Shown piece by piece: positions 46,461-55,750 of a stretch of 64,000 nt of DNA. The stretch is taken from sequence record NC_048196.1. One strand, 5' to 3'. This DNA comes from Escherichia phage vB_EcoM_Schickermooser. Made by a program: the position numbers and the translations under genes. Each line of letters starts with the position of its first letter. Position 1 is the stretch's first letter. Below the pieces are notes generated by a model. The model did not search any database. It saw only the letters and a list, made by a program, of their open reading frames with translations, and had not been told where the DNA came from.

Positions 46461-47186
46461 TTACTTATTAATAATACCTGCAATATTAGGTTTGACAAAG
46501 GTCGATGGTTTCATGATCTTACCTTTATCATCAAAGAACACATACACTTTCTGTTTTTCATTATAAACAGCATGAACACCAGTGTATGCCCCTTCTGGAC
46601 GATTGGCATTTCGTTCTTCAATTGCAGCGCATTCTTGTGCAATGGCTGAATCGATATCCGAAGTTTTCCAAGTTTTCAGCAACTGTTGTTTAGTTGGATA
46701 CTTGGAATCATTACTTTTCAATACCTCTTTAATAACTTTCTTTTCTGGATATTTTGAACGGATTAGAGTGTCACGAGACATACGCATAATACCAGCAGCC
46801 ATTAGTGCCATTTGAACTGGCTCTGTAAATGTTTGTTCCAAAGCATCAAAATCAGTATACACAGTTGGAGTAAAAACATCGCCTACAGCATAGTCCAAGA
46901 AATTCATCGTATGTTCTTCACCAAAGAACATGTAGGTCAGATAACTGGATACTACAAAAATATCCGCTGCTGCATCCAAGAGTTCTACATGATCGTTTAC
47001 TTTCGCGGCTGTTTCATACTCTTTAAGCTCTTCACGAACGAATCCGATTTGGGACATAAATAGCTCTTGAGTGAATTCAGGTTGTTCACCACCTCGTGCT
47101 TTAGCATTCCAATCAATCACGTGCTTCGCTGCATTTTTGAAAAATTCAGTATCGAACTTAATATCTTTAAAAAAATTCTCGATCAT
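46461..47186 (-). CDS. hypothetical protein, possibly MazG-like NTP pyrophosphohydrolase
   Basis: all-alpha E-rich segment EELKEYETAAK...ELLDAAADI. Confidence 0.35.
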   Translation of the reverse strand: MIENFFKDIKFDTEFFKNAAKHVIDWNAKARGGEQPEFTQELFMSQIGFVREELKEYETAAKVNDHVELLDAAADIFVVSSYLTYMFFGEEHTMNFLDYAVGDVFTPTVYTDFDALEQTFTEPVQMALMAAGIMRMSRDTLIRSKYPEKKVIKEVLKSNDSKYPTKQQLLKTWKTSDIDSAIAQECAAIEERNANRPEGAYTGVHAVYNEKQKVYVFFDDKGKIMKPSTFVKPNIAGIINK

Positions 47187-47195
47187 TATAACTCC

Positions 47196-47378
47196 TTATT
47201 TAAAATAGCTTTCTAGAAAGTTGCTAATATTTACTACAGTCTCACCCATGTAAATTCCTGCGAAACCGAAAACAAGCATACGTGGAATATTGAAATACCA
47301 TTTATCCGCTGGAAAAGATGCCAGAATTACAATAGCAATTGCTATCAGCATCATAAGAATTGTTGCTAAAATTATCAT
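47196..47378 (-). CDS. small membrane protein (60 aa)
   Basis: ATG 47378 after GGAGG; single TM; ATGA overlap with upstream ORF. Confidence 0.4.
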   Translation of the reverse strand: MIILATILMMLIAIAIVILASFPADKWYFNIPRMLVFGFAGIYMGETVVNISNFLESYFK

Positions 47379-47569
47379 AAAAATGCCTCCAGGTATTTTG
47401 AACAATGATAAGCTAAGAAACAAGAAACTACCGCATACCCAACTCCAGACATACATGAATCAATCACAACACATACGGTTCTTTTCTTTGAATTCTTAGG
47501 AAAGTTTTCCGAAGCATTCATACAATAAAAAGAAAGTACACTGAAAACGATTAAAATGGCTAAGAACAT
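47375..47569 (-). CDS. small membrane protein (64 aa)
   Basis: AAGGAGG SD; hydrophobic N-terminus MFLAILIVFSVLSF. Confidence 0.45.
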   Translation of the reverse strand: MFLAILIVFSVLSFYCMNASENFPKNSKKRTVCVVIDSCMSGVGYAVVSCFLAYHCSKYLEAFL

Positions 47570-47578
47570 TTTTCCTCC

Positions 47579-48706
47579 TTACTCTGCTGGTTCCCAAGTG
47601 CCTGGGATCATTTCTCGAATACGAACACCAACAGGTTTTGTTGGAATACCTTCATCTGAAAATTCTTCATACTCTATTTCAACGAACTGATTAATCAAGG
47701 TAGAAGCATTCTCTGCTTTACGATAATTGATAGTCTCATGAGCATCTTTACGCATTAAGAATTCGACTACTTTACCATTTTCCATCTCACCTGTCAACAC
47801 TCCATCGCCATTTTTATCGCTTTTTGAATTTGTTACTTTAACTTCAAGGGTGTGGCGAGGCTTACGTTTAATAACGTCATAAGAACGTTTATCAAATTCG
47901 TAAACTCCGTGAGCATTACGATATACTACACCTTCAGCTTTCTCAAGTAAAGCTTTTTCATAGAAAGCGTCAAACTGCTCTTGGTTTTCAATATACTCTG
48001 TATGAACTACACAAATAAGCTCGTCAAGACCATAATCTTCAACTACTGCCTTAAGAGCAGCAAGAGCATCAACACGTTTTTCAAACGGTAGACCTGGAAC
48101 TGGAATATCGTATACGTAATAATTCAGCAAAGGTGTATTTGCATTATGCTTCTTCCAAGCACTGTTAATTTGTTGCAGACTAAGGACACCTAACCCAGCA
48201 AACACTTCACCATCAAGAGGATGACCAACAACTTCACTAATAAAGTTTGGAATACCTTTCCAATGAGGTGGCAGGTTATACACTTCCCCAGCTTTTGATA
48301 AACACTCCCCTTTCATGTTAATCATAGAACGTAACCCGTTCAGTTTGTATTGTGCATAACCAGGGAACACAACCCTTTCAGGATAATCTTTATAATCCTG
48401 GCATTTCATTGGTGTGGAAGGAACATGGTTTTCAGCTTCTTCTTTTGTTTTATAATAGCCATTCTTTAACTGTTTTGTCCATTTGGCAAAAGCTTCAAGT
48501 TCAGCTTGTTCTTCCGGTGTTGTTTCATTGGAACGACCAATGTTTTTTGCTTCTGCTGTATAAGATTTTTCTGTGATCTTTCCACCTACTCTTCCATGAG
48601 CTACAGTAACAACTGCACCATCTGTATATACTGTCCACTGTTTAAGTTTTCCTTTTGAATCTTTACCATACAGCGTTTGATTTGTTTGTTGCATTAGTCC
48701 TCCCAT
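47579..48706 (-). CDS. ATP-dependent ligase (nucleotidyltransferase family; DNA-ligase-like)
   Basis: motif I KLNGLR (KxDG variant), motif III LDGEVF, motif IV EGVVYR, motif V-like VIKRK. Confidence 0.5.
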   Translation of the reverse strand: MGGLMQQTNQTLYGKDSKGKLKQWTVYTDGAVVTVAHGRVGGKITEKSYTAEAKNIGRSNETTPEEQAELEAFAKWTKQLKNGYYKTKEEAENHVPSTPMKCQDYKDYPERVVFPGYAQYKLNGLRSMINMKGECLSKAGEVYNLPPHWKGIPNFISEVVGHPLDGEVFAGLGVLSLQQINSAWKKHNANTPLLNYYVYDIPVPGLPFEKRVDALAALKAVVEDYGLDELICVVHTEYIENQEQFDAFYEKALLEKAEGVVYRNAHGVYEFDKRSYDVIKRKPRHTLEVKVTNSKSDKNGDGVLTGEMENGKVVEFLMRKDAHETINYRKAENASTLINQFVEIEYEEFSDEGIPTKPVGVRIREMIPGTWEPAE

Positions 48707-48915
48707 TTAAAAACTGAAATTTTCAATCTGTTACACACTTCATCCAAATCTGCGTCGAGTAACGTTGTAGATGTTGCCAACATATAATCAATGCTTGTGA
48801 AACCTTGCCCTTTGGCATAGTCAAGCATATCTTCATACATATCTTCAAGATCACCGTCATCAAAAGTAGCTAGAAAATCCTCTTCTCCGCTACGAACATA
48901 AAATGCAGTACTCAT
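48694..48915 (-). CDS. hypothetical protein
   Basis: 73-aa ORF. Confidence 0.4.
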   Translation of the reverse strand: MSTAFYVRSGEEDFLATFDDGDLEDMYEDMLDYAKGQGFTSIDYMLATSTTLLDADLDEVCNRLKISVFKWED

Positions 48916-49103
48916 TCTTCTTCATCCCAAGATTCAAAAGCACAACAATCATCGGTTTCTATAATACCAACACGTCCGCAGGTATTGCAAGTGATTTTAT
49001 CCCCGTAGAATAAATAATTTTTATCACCCTCTGTGTTTACAGTTATGTCATTACTACCACAAGGGCAAGTCAGCCAACCAACAACAACGATATCTTTTTT
49101 CAT
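48912..49103 (-). CDS. small zinc-ribbon protein
   Basis: CPCG ... CNTCG. Confidence 0.45.
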   Translation of the reverse strand: MKKDIVVVGWLTCPCGSNDITVNTEGDKNYLFYGDKITCNTCGRVGIIETDDCCAFESWDEEE

Positions 49104-49112
49104 AATCCCTCC

Positions 49113-49439
49113 TTAAGCGTTCAGTTCGTTGTTGAGTTCGTAAATCTCTTCTTGAAGAGCATCAATCTCTTCCTCCAAACGGGAGATCTCTTCTTTTAGA
49201 TATACCATTTCGGATTCTTTCTCTTCTAATTCATTTTCAAATTTTACTTTATTAGCCTCATTTTCATAATGCAGTTCAGCGTAATCATCACGCATTTGTT
49301 CAATAAGATGAATCAGAGACAAGATATAATTGTCTCCCGTTTCATCACGCCACTCTTCACCGTGACGGAGAACGGTAATTCGTCCAGTATCTTCATCTAA
49401 AATTGTCTCATATTTACGATCATCTGTATAAATCTGCAT
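49113..49439 (-). CDS. coiled-coil protein
   Basis: C-terminal repetitive EE..E..L heptad-like sequence. Confidence 0.5.
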   Translation of the reverse strand: MQIYTDDRKYETILDEDTGRITVLRHGEEWRDETGDNYILSLIHLIEQMRDDYAELHYENEANKVKFENELEEKESEMVYLKEEISRLEEEIDALQEEIYELNNELNA

Positions 49440-49448
49440 TATTTCTCC

Positions 49449-49853
49449 TTATTGAAGTTTAAGTGAACCACGAAGACGTTTCTCTTGCTGATCACGGATA
49501 TATTGTGGAACCTCGTGAATTGAATCATTACCGTGCCTATTTTCAACAATTAAAGAGATAACTTGATAACCAAACTCTTCAGCAAGAGCTAGATAAGGTT
49601 TAAGTTCTTTCTCTGTGGTTGAAGTATTAGAAACAATAATCTTGTTAAGATTAGATGCCATAGCATCACGAACAATACCCTGACACCATGCGTGTGCTTT
49701 ACCTACATTTTCTGGCTTCCAATCGTAAACACCACTCTCTGTGTAATGATATTGATCTGCCTCACAGATAGGCCAATAACCTTCAGAAATAATTTCTGCT
49801 ACTGTAGATTTACCAGCACCTGAAACGCCACGTAAAATGATAAGTTGTTTCAT
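49449..49853 (-). CDS. P-loop kinase (polynucleotide-kinase-like)
   Basis: Walker A GVSGAGKST; 134 aa; adjacent to ligase and phosphoesterase. Confidence 0.55.
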   Translation of the reverse strand: MKQLIILRGVSGAGKSTVAEIISEGYWPICEADQYHYTESGVYDWKPENVGKAHAWCQGIVRDAMASNLNKIIVSNTSTTEKELKPYLALAEEFGYQVISLIVENRHGNDSIHEVPQYIRDQQEKRLRGSLKLQ

Positions 49854-50786
49854 TTATCCTCCAAAAAAGTTTTCGATTTTTTCACGTCGCTCTTGCTGAT
49901 TTAAAGCAGCCCATTGAGTCTTCGTAAAATTATTTCGAATCCATTCTAACAAAGCGTAATATTCTTCGTCAACCATTTGTTTGGCATTTTTTGGATTATC
50001 CCAAATCAGATCCCACTTTTTATCTCCACCGCGCATAAGAAACTTCTTAGTAAGATAGTGTGGTGATTTAATTTTTAAAAGTAAGTTGAACGGATAGTTT
50101 GTTTCACGAACTACAAACCCTTCGTGTTTACAATGTTTAGACATTTCAACAACATCTGAAAACTTAACCATTGGATGAACTTCAGGACGCTTAAATTTGG
50201 TGACAGAAGCAATTCCATCAAGAGCACCTTCAGGTAACATAAAACTTGTCCCATCAGGATTTTGAATTCTGGCACCAATTAAGTATGCACCTGGTTCTTC
50301 TTCGACAATATGCGGATCAGAAGGATCACAGATTTCAAAAAGGAAAGTTGCTTTTGCACTCTCTGTCCATTTGATGAAATGTTCTATGTCATCACACTCT
50401 GAAACAATACGATTCTTTGCAATACTTGCAAAATCTGATTCAAGGCTTCCTGTTGTCGATACAATAAGTTGACCTTTATATACACCTACAGAGGCCATAA
50501 AACCATTTACTTTACGAACCACATCTACAAGTTCATCCAATGGTAGATCTGTGCCATTCTCAAAACGATTAAAAATCTTAGTGAAAGGCCAAATAACAAC
50601 ATTGTCATCAGCATCAACAACGATTCCGCGACATTCTAGAAGACGAGAATCAATGCTCCATAAGTTATCCCAGAAAACTTTGTTCTTATACTTAAGAACA
50701 GATAGACCAGAATACTCTCCTTCTTTATATGTTTTCTTATGAACTAAACCTTTTTCAACCAAATCGTCGCAATTAAATTTAGTCAC
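49854..50786 (-). CDS. RNA-ligase-like nucleotidyltransferase
   Basis: motif I KVNGFM, motif IV EGFVVRE, motif V LLKIK. Confidence 0.5.
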   Translation of the reverse strand: MTKFNCDDLVEKGLVHKKTYKEGEYSGLSVLKYKNKVFWDNLWSIDSRLLECRGIVVDADDNVVIWPFTKIFNRFENGTDLPLDELVDVVRKVNGFMASVGVYKGQLIVSTTGSLESDFASIAKNRIVSECDDIEHFIKWTESAKATFLFEICDPSDPHIVEEEPGAYLIGARIQNPDGTSFMLPEGALDGIASVTKFKRPEVHPMVKFSDVVEMSKHCKHEGFVVRETNYPFNLLLKIKSPHYLTKKFLMRGGDKKWDLIWDNPKNAKQMVDEEYYALLEWIRNNFTKTQWAALNQQERREKIENFFGG

Positions 50787-50787
50787 A

Positions 50788-51339
50788 TTACTCTCCTTTG
50801 ATTATTTTGTGATGGTCTACAGTCACGATATCTCGTTTACTCATCATAGAAATTATCTCATCAAAATGCAAGATTTTTCCGTGTGCATCCCAACCCACAT
50901 CTAACATTTTACCATAAGCTTCATCAGGGAAAGATCCGTGGGAATGCCCGTGTAGCATGATTGATCCACGACCTTGTTTATTCCAGGAGGCCATAGGGTA
51001 ATGACTTAAGACGAAGAACAGCTTCTGATATTTCACTTCGTCATAATACACCACTTCCCCATACTCTGCAAGCACTTCTCGGTGTTTGCTGTAGTCATGG
51101 TTCCCAACACAGTAGGTGATATCTCCTTGGAGACGAGAAGCAATTTTACGGGTATCTTCTTCAGTTCCGAAACAGAAGTCGCCCAAATGCCACATCTTAA
51201 CACCAGGAGTAGTAGCACATTTGTTCCATGCTTCGATCAAGGCTTCTGTCATGTGGTCCATATCTTCCCACGGACGATATTCAGGAGCAAACTCTCGAAT
51301 ACGTTTATGCATAAAATGCAAATCGCTTGTAATAAACAT
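50788..51339 (-). CDS. calcineurin-like metallophosphoesterase
   Basis: SDLHF, LGDFCFG, GNHD and HGHSH motifs. Confidence 0.65.
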   Translation of the reverse strand: MFITSDLHFMHKRIREFAPEYRPWEDMDHMTEALIEAWNKCATTPGVKMWHLGDFCFGTEEDTRKIASRLQGDITYCVGNHDYSKHREVLAEYGEVVYYDEVKYQKLFFVLSHYPMASWNKQGRGSIMLHGHSHGSFPDEAYGKMLDVGWDAHGKILHFDEIISMMSKRDIVTVDHHKIIKGE

Positions 51340-51695
51340 TAGTATAATCCCTCGCTAAATAATTCATGGTCGTGACCATTACGCTCATGGTCGATCTGGT
51401 CAGCATTTTCCGCGATGATGTAAGCATCCGCACGACTCCACCAATTGTAATACTGATCGATAAAGCCTTGATTATCTGGTGTGCACAAAGTTTTGTTGAT
51501 TACACCTGCTTCTTTCAACACGTTTAACTGTGCATATAGTACAGGATTTGCATGTCGAACACAAGGAATAATTAACTCTTCACCATTATTCAAAATATAC
51601 TTATTTGCAGCACAGACGATAACACGTTGCGCATAATGACCCTCACCCATCCAGGTAAGAGGTTGGTAACAAATATTGTTTTCAATACCACTCAT
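51339..51695 (-). CDS. hypothetical protein
   Basis: 118-aa ORF. Confidence 0.5.
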   Translation of the reverse strand: MSGIENNICYQPLTWMGEGHYAQRVIVCAANKYILNNGEELIIPCVRHANPVLYAQLNVLKEAGVINKTLCTPDNQGFIDQYYNWWSRADAYIIAENADQIDHERNGHDHELFSEGLY

Positions 51696-51701
51696 TGTTT
51701 C

Positions 51702-51845
51702 CTAATCCTCCTCTCTTAAGTTATCCTCGAAAAAACTAGTGTCTGGAAGTAAAAGATCATTACTTGTGTCGGGCCAATCCTCTTCTTCTCGGTAGATAAA
51801 GTAACCTTCGTCCTCTTCTTGTTCCGACCAAACCGAATGATGCAT
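51702..51845 (-). CDS. small acidic protein (47 aa)
   Basis: AAGGAGAG SD then ATG. Confidence 0.3.
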   Translation of the reverse strand: MHHSVWSEQEEDEGYFIYREEEDWPDTSNDLLLPDTSFFEDNLREED

Positions 51846-51854
51846 GTTCTCTCC

Positions 51855-52199
51855 TTAGTAGTGCACACGAATCATTTTAATACCATAACGCAGCATAGAT
51901 TCTTTTGCAAGCATGAATTTATCCCCAGCGGCGGGATTAGAAGTATGCACGAAAATGGTGGGTGAACCAAAGCAAGGTTTACCAAACGCCAGAAGTTCTT
52001 CCAGGTACAGGAAAACATCATACCCATCTTGGTCTGACTCCATACCTAAATCATTGTCAAAAGACCACTCGGTTACTCTTCGATACAGTTTAGCAGGATC
52101 GTTGAGAAAGGCCATAGCTTCTTGTGACGTTTTAAACCAAATTGCATCCTCCTGTCCATAGTCGGCTGGGTTCCGCATATCATCTATCCAAACTTTCAT
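51855..52199 (-). CDS. hypothetical protein
   Basis: 114-aa ORF. Confidence 0.5.
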   Translation of the reverse strand: MKVWIDDMRNPADYGQEDAIWFKTSQEAMAFLNDPAKLYRRVTEWSFDNDLGMESDQDGYDVFLYLEELLAFGKPCFGSPTIFVHTSNPAAGDKFMLAKESMLRYGIKMIRVHY

Positions 52200-52209
52200 A
52201 TAACCTCCT

Positions 52210-52680
52210 TTAAGCTGGCATGATTAAAAAAGAACTTTCCACTTCAAAATGCCAATCATCAACAAGCCCTGATTCCCAATCCTTCTCTTCATGGAAAGAG
52301 CAAATCCAACGGTACATACCTGGCGGTGTATTCTCAACATCTTCTGGCAACCCATAATCCAAAGCTGTCTTACCGTTCTCTGTAAAACTAGGATGGAGAT
52401 TAGGAGCCTTCAGTACAGAAACCATACCTCCAACATCCACAGCTACGATCCACTCTGTCATGTATGGGCTGTCATATTGAGGCTCATCAGAACCTACCTC
52501 AACAGCCTCTGTGCGTAAGATGATAATAGCCTGCTCTGTGATTGGGGCTTTGACAATATAACCGTGGTCCTCAAAAAGATCGATAACCTCGAACTCATCG
52601 CCGTTTTCGACACCATAACTCTTATTCAAAGAGATAAACTTCGGGTTATCATCGTAAGCTTTAGTTACTTTAATTCTCAT
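52210..52680 (-). CDS. hypothetical protein
   Basis: 156-aa ORF. Confidence 0.5.
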   Translation of the reverse strand: MRIKVTKAYDDNPKFISLNKSYGVENGDEFEVIDLFEDHGYIVKAPITEQAIIILRTEAVEVGSDEPQYDSPYMTEWIVAVDVGGMVSVLKAPNLHPSFTENGKTALDYGLPEDVENTPPGMYRWICSFHEEKDWESGLVDDWHFEVESSFLIMPA

Positions 52681-52898
52681 TTTTCCTCCTTCACTTTAAC
52701 CTCAAATTCTACAGGATTACCCTCAATGTAAAAACACTGATACTCTGCCTTATCATCATCACGAGGCCAAGTTACCAAGGAGTTATAGCAATCTTCTGGT
52801 GCTTTGAAGATGGTTTTAGTCTCCACAGTAACATTCCCATTAAGTGTTGCCAATACCACCCACCCAGCTACAGGGATCATAGTGCCTCCACTTTCCAC
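52677..52898 (-). CDS. hypothetical protein
   Basis: 73-aa ORF. Confidence 0.45.
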   Translation of the reverse strand: MESGGTMIPVAGWVVLATLNGNVTVETKTIFKAPEDCYNSLVTWPRDDDKAEYQCFYIEGNPVEFEVKVKEEK

Positions 52899-53059
52899 GT
52901 TTTACCCTTATCAACCAAGGTCTTTGCTACAGCATACTCCTTCCCATTAACAATGAAATAATAAACTATAAAAGATTTTCCGATTGTTACTGTCTTAGTA
53001 ACCTCTACGCGTTTAACACCTTGCATGTATTTTGCCTTACCGGAATAGAGTAAAATCAT
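52877..53059 (-). CDS. hypothetical protein
   Basis: 60-aa ORF. Confidence 0.4.
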   Translation of the reverse strand: MILLYSGKAKYMQGVKRVEVTKTVTIGKSFIVYYFIVNGKEYAVAKTLVDKGKTWKVEAL

Positions 53060-53337
53060 TTTGCATTCCTCTTGTTGTTGATAACATCCATAGTAGTATA
53101 TGGTTTATTAGTGCCATGATACTCCAGAATCATTGGAGATCCTTCTTGCACTACTTCAAAGATACCATAAACAGAACTTTCAGCAAATACCATTTGCTTC
53201 GTACCTTCATCGTTTACAACGAGAGAAAACTTCTTGCCTGTCCCGTTGAGGATCTCGTATTTCTTGCCAGCAGTGAATAATCCAGAGTACCACTCATTAT
53301 CTGTTGCTTTTACACACTTCAGGAAAGTCTTGATCAT
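53056..53337 (-). CDS. hypothetical protein
   Basis: 93-aa ORF. Confidence 0.45.
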   Translation of the reverse strand: MIKTFLKCVKATDNEWYSGLFTAGKKYEILNGTGKKFSLVVNDEGTKQMVFAESSVYGIFEVVQEGSPMILEYHGTNKPYTTMDVINNKRNAK

Positions 53338-53687
53338 TTCTTTTTGCTCCTCTTTTTAGATTTCTCATACAAACCTAACACAGCCGCTTCTTTTGCACAA
53401 GTAGGAACTGAAGTCATTCCTCTTCGTTTTGCTTCTGGTAGTTGCAAAGTCCATATTCCCCACCAATAAATTTGGTCTGCCGTGAGTGGTTCAGCCATTG
53501 GATCTGCCTCCTGCTCCTCAAGACGTTGCAACGCTTCTTCAATCTTCTCGATTGGTGTGTCAAAGACGAATGCCTCCGTATCAAATTTATCTTTCTTAGG
53601 AACTGATTTGGCTACTTTGAGAACCTCGTTTTTCTGTTTCTTAGTAACGTTCTTTGGCTTTGATAACTTCTTCGGTGTTTTCGCCAC
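53334..53687 (-). CDS. hypothetical protein with lysine-rich N-terminus
   Basis: MAKTPKKLSKPKNVTKKQKN; 117 aa. Confidence 0.5.
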   Translation of the reverse strand: MAKTPKKLSKPKNVTKKQKNEVLKVAKSVPKKDKFDTEAFVFDTPIEKIEEALQRLEEQEADPMAEPLTADQIYWWGIWTLQLPEAKRRGMTSVPTCAKEAAVLGLYEKSKKRSKKK

Positions 53688-53880
53688 TTACTACCTCCAT
53701 ACGATCTAAAAAGTCATTCACAAATCTCCAGTAACGTTGACCTGTTCTAAGATCTTCATAGATAACCACAGGATCAAACACTTTAGATATTCCGGCAGGT
53801 TTTGGAAATTCCACTACCGTATATAAACCACCTTTTGCTACACAAGAATAGGTTACGCCTGTAATTGGATAGTTGCTCAT
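53641..53880 (-). CDS. hypothetical protein
   Basis: 79-aa ORF. Confidence 0.45.
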   Translation of the reverse strand: MSNYPITGVTYSCVAKGGLYTVVEFPKPAGISKVFDPVVIYEDLRTGQRYWRFVNDFLDRMEVVSGENTEEVIKAKERY

Positions 53881-54071
53881 TTCTTTACGTACTCCATGAT
53901 TGGAGTATGGTCGCCAGTAAGCGTAACACGGCTGTAGGACACATCTTGTGTCTTCAATGTATCAATCCACTCTAAGAAGTGTTCTTTCGCTTCTGTGTAG
54001 TTCTGTGTGCCTTTAACAACGTGTATACCATCTAGCGTTACACGGAATACCATTTGAATAACGTCTTTCAT
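53877..54071 (-). CDS. hypothetical protein
   Basis: 64-aa ORF. Confidence 0.45.
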   Translation of the reverse strand: MKDVIQMVFRVTLDGIHVVKGTQNYTEAKEHFLEWIDTLKTQDVSYSRVTLTGDHTPIMEYVKK

Positions 54072-54184
54072 TTCTTACCTCCTTTGTTGTCAAAGTAGCT
54101 TACCAGAACATCGTGAACCACACACATGGCAAAAATCAGAACAATTGTTGCCAGGATTGGGTTCTCACTAATTAGTGCTATCAT
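54068..54184 (-). CDS. small membrane peptide (38 aa)
   Basis: ATG 54184 after GGAGGTGG; hydrophobic core. Confidence 0.3.
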   Translation of the reverse strand: MIALISENPILATIVLIFAMCVVHDVLVSYFDNKGGKK

Positions 54185-54491
54185 CTTTAACCACCTCCAA
54201 TTGCCTTTCGAGTTTGACTTTGTTTGAGAACTGATAATGACACAACTTACATTGCATGTCAACAATCTGATCGTGATTTAACCCTACAATTTTAACTTCC
54301 TTTGCACCATCCCACTCCAAATACTCAAAGCCATCCAAATGATTACTCTTGTCCAACAGGAATGCTATCTGCTGCCATTCAATCTGAATATCATTTAAAT
54401 GATATGCTGCACAGAAGATATCCTCGTAGTAAAAGACGATCATTGTCATTGCTTCGTCCAGCACAACTACCTCTTGTCTTGTAAATCTCAT
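54168..54491 (-). CDS. hypothetical protein (first gene of minus-strand block)
   Basis: TAGGAGG SD upstream. Confidence 0.5.
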   Translation of the reverse strand: MRFTRQEVVVLDEAMTMIVFYYEDIFCAAYHLNDIQIEWQQIAFLLDKSNHLDGFEYLEWDGAKEVKIVGLNHDQIVDMQCKLCHYQFSNKVKLERQLEVVKDDSTN

Positions 54492-54756
54492 TCTAGCCTC
54501 CTAAACGCGTCTCTGACGCACTTTTTATATATAAGATGATAAATCACCTTACCTAGTAAGTGAACTTTCTCTACGAGCCTCTTATGAAGCTTATGTTATA
54601 GGCTATACTATTGCTACCTATTTAAGCAAGGTTTTTTGCACAAAGAAAATAATTTTTAATAAAACTCTTGACTTTTGTGTTCGAAGTGTGCTACCCTAGA
54701 AATCTATTAACGAGCGCAGCGAGTTAAGGTTTTAGGTTGTTGATGTAGTACTCTGT

Positions 54757-54941
54757 ACTCAAGTACTGTACTCCGTACTAGATTAATAATTATTAAATAT
54801 TAATAATAAATAATTATTAGATCTAACAAACAGGTACAGTGTATCAGAACTGGTACGTACAGATCAACTTCTATCAATTAAAAATAATAAATTATTATAA
54901 ATAATACTTGATCTATAGATTAGTATGAAGTACAGTACGGA
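54757..54941. promoter_or_regulatory. divergent control region with GTAC-rich repeats flanking an AT-rich palindromic core
   Basis: five GTACT units at 54757-54778, AT-only near-palindrome 54781-54819, AGTACAGTAC inverted copies at 54833 and 54929. Confidence 0.45.
54908..54936 (+). promoter_or_regulatory. sigma70-like promoter candidate (TTGATC-N17-TACAGT)
   Basis: upstream of first plus-strand gene at 54969. Confidence 0.35.
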
Positions 54942-54968
54942 ACATCTTAACAAGAATGGAGGTGTGCA

Positions 54969-55154
54969 ATGATTAGTGAGAATCCGTGCAAATGGCATCA
55001 TGTGCCTATTAAAGATTGTATGTCTTGTAATCCACGTTCTATTTATAACATTGCATCTTATGACGATGACAATGTGTTAGACGATGATGAAGGCTGGGAG
55101 GATTTAGATTGGACTGGTTATGAAACCAAAAAGGATAAAATTATTCCTAGTTGA
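54969..55154 (+). CDS. hypothetical protein
   Basis: GGAGGTG SD upstream. Confidence 0.5.
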   Translation: MISENPCKWHHVPIKDCMSCNPRSIYNIASYDDDNVLDDDEGWEDLDWTGYETKKDKIIPS

Positions 55155-55191
55155 CTTAAGATATCCTTCGTGCTAAACTAGAAGTGAGGAG

Positions 55192-55443
55192 ATGCCGATC
55201 ACTCCCCATTTGGGGTTCGAAGGATATATGCAAAATAGTTTTTATTTTAGGTGCCGTGCTTGTAATAGGCATTTGACAAACCACTCCAGACGTGATAAAA
55301 ATGGAGTCATCAAGGAATCAGACCTCTGTTCTATTTGCACAGGTTTGGCTTTTGATGATAGTCCCGAAAGGGTTTATCAGCATCAATGTATAACAGACGT
55401 TCTCGTGTCAAACTTGGTAGAGGACGAACAACTAACAGATTAG
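55192..55443 (+). CDS. Cys-rich hypothetical protein
   Basis: GTGAGGAG SD; CRACN ... CSICTG. Confidence 0.5.
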   Translation: MPITPHLGFEGYMQNSFYFRCRACNRHLTNHSRRDKNGVIKESDLCSICTGLAFDDSPERVYQHQCITDVLVSNLVEDEQLTD

Positions 55444-55451
55444 GAGGAACA

Positions 55452-55700
55452 ATGTCTCTATTAGAAAAACACGTGTTTGAAGATGGTAACGGCAATGCAG
55501 TTTTTCTTTTCCATCCAGAAAAATACACATCTGAAAACAATGGTACAACTTCTATTGTAATCACTAAAGATGTTAAAGTTATTGATTTCTTGGCTCTGAT
55601 GCGAGAGATGGATCTTGAAATTAATACTTTTAACGCAGAAGCTTTGGTTGTTGCTCTTCTGGAAAAGAAAGATAGTGAAGAAGTAGCAGAATATGCTTAA
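55452..55700 (+). CDS. hypothetical protein
   Basis: ATG 55452 after TTAGGAGG. Confidence 0.5.
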   Translation: MSLLEKHVFEDGNGNAVFLFHPEKYTSENNGTTSIVITKDVKVIDFLALMREMDLEINTFNAEALVVALLEKKDSEEVAEYA

Positions 55701-55707
55701 ATAACTA

Positions 55708-55737
55708 TTGACAAACGTATCCTTCATATGTTAGGAT
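55708..55737 (+). promoter_or_regulatory. sigma70-like promoter candidate (TTGACA-N18-TAGGAT)
   Basis: shares the cTATTGACA ... TAG..T architecture seen at 56295, 57264 and 63426. Confidence 0.45.
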
Positions 55738-55750
55738 ACGTTCATCAAGT

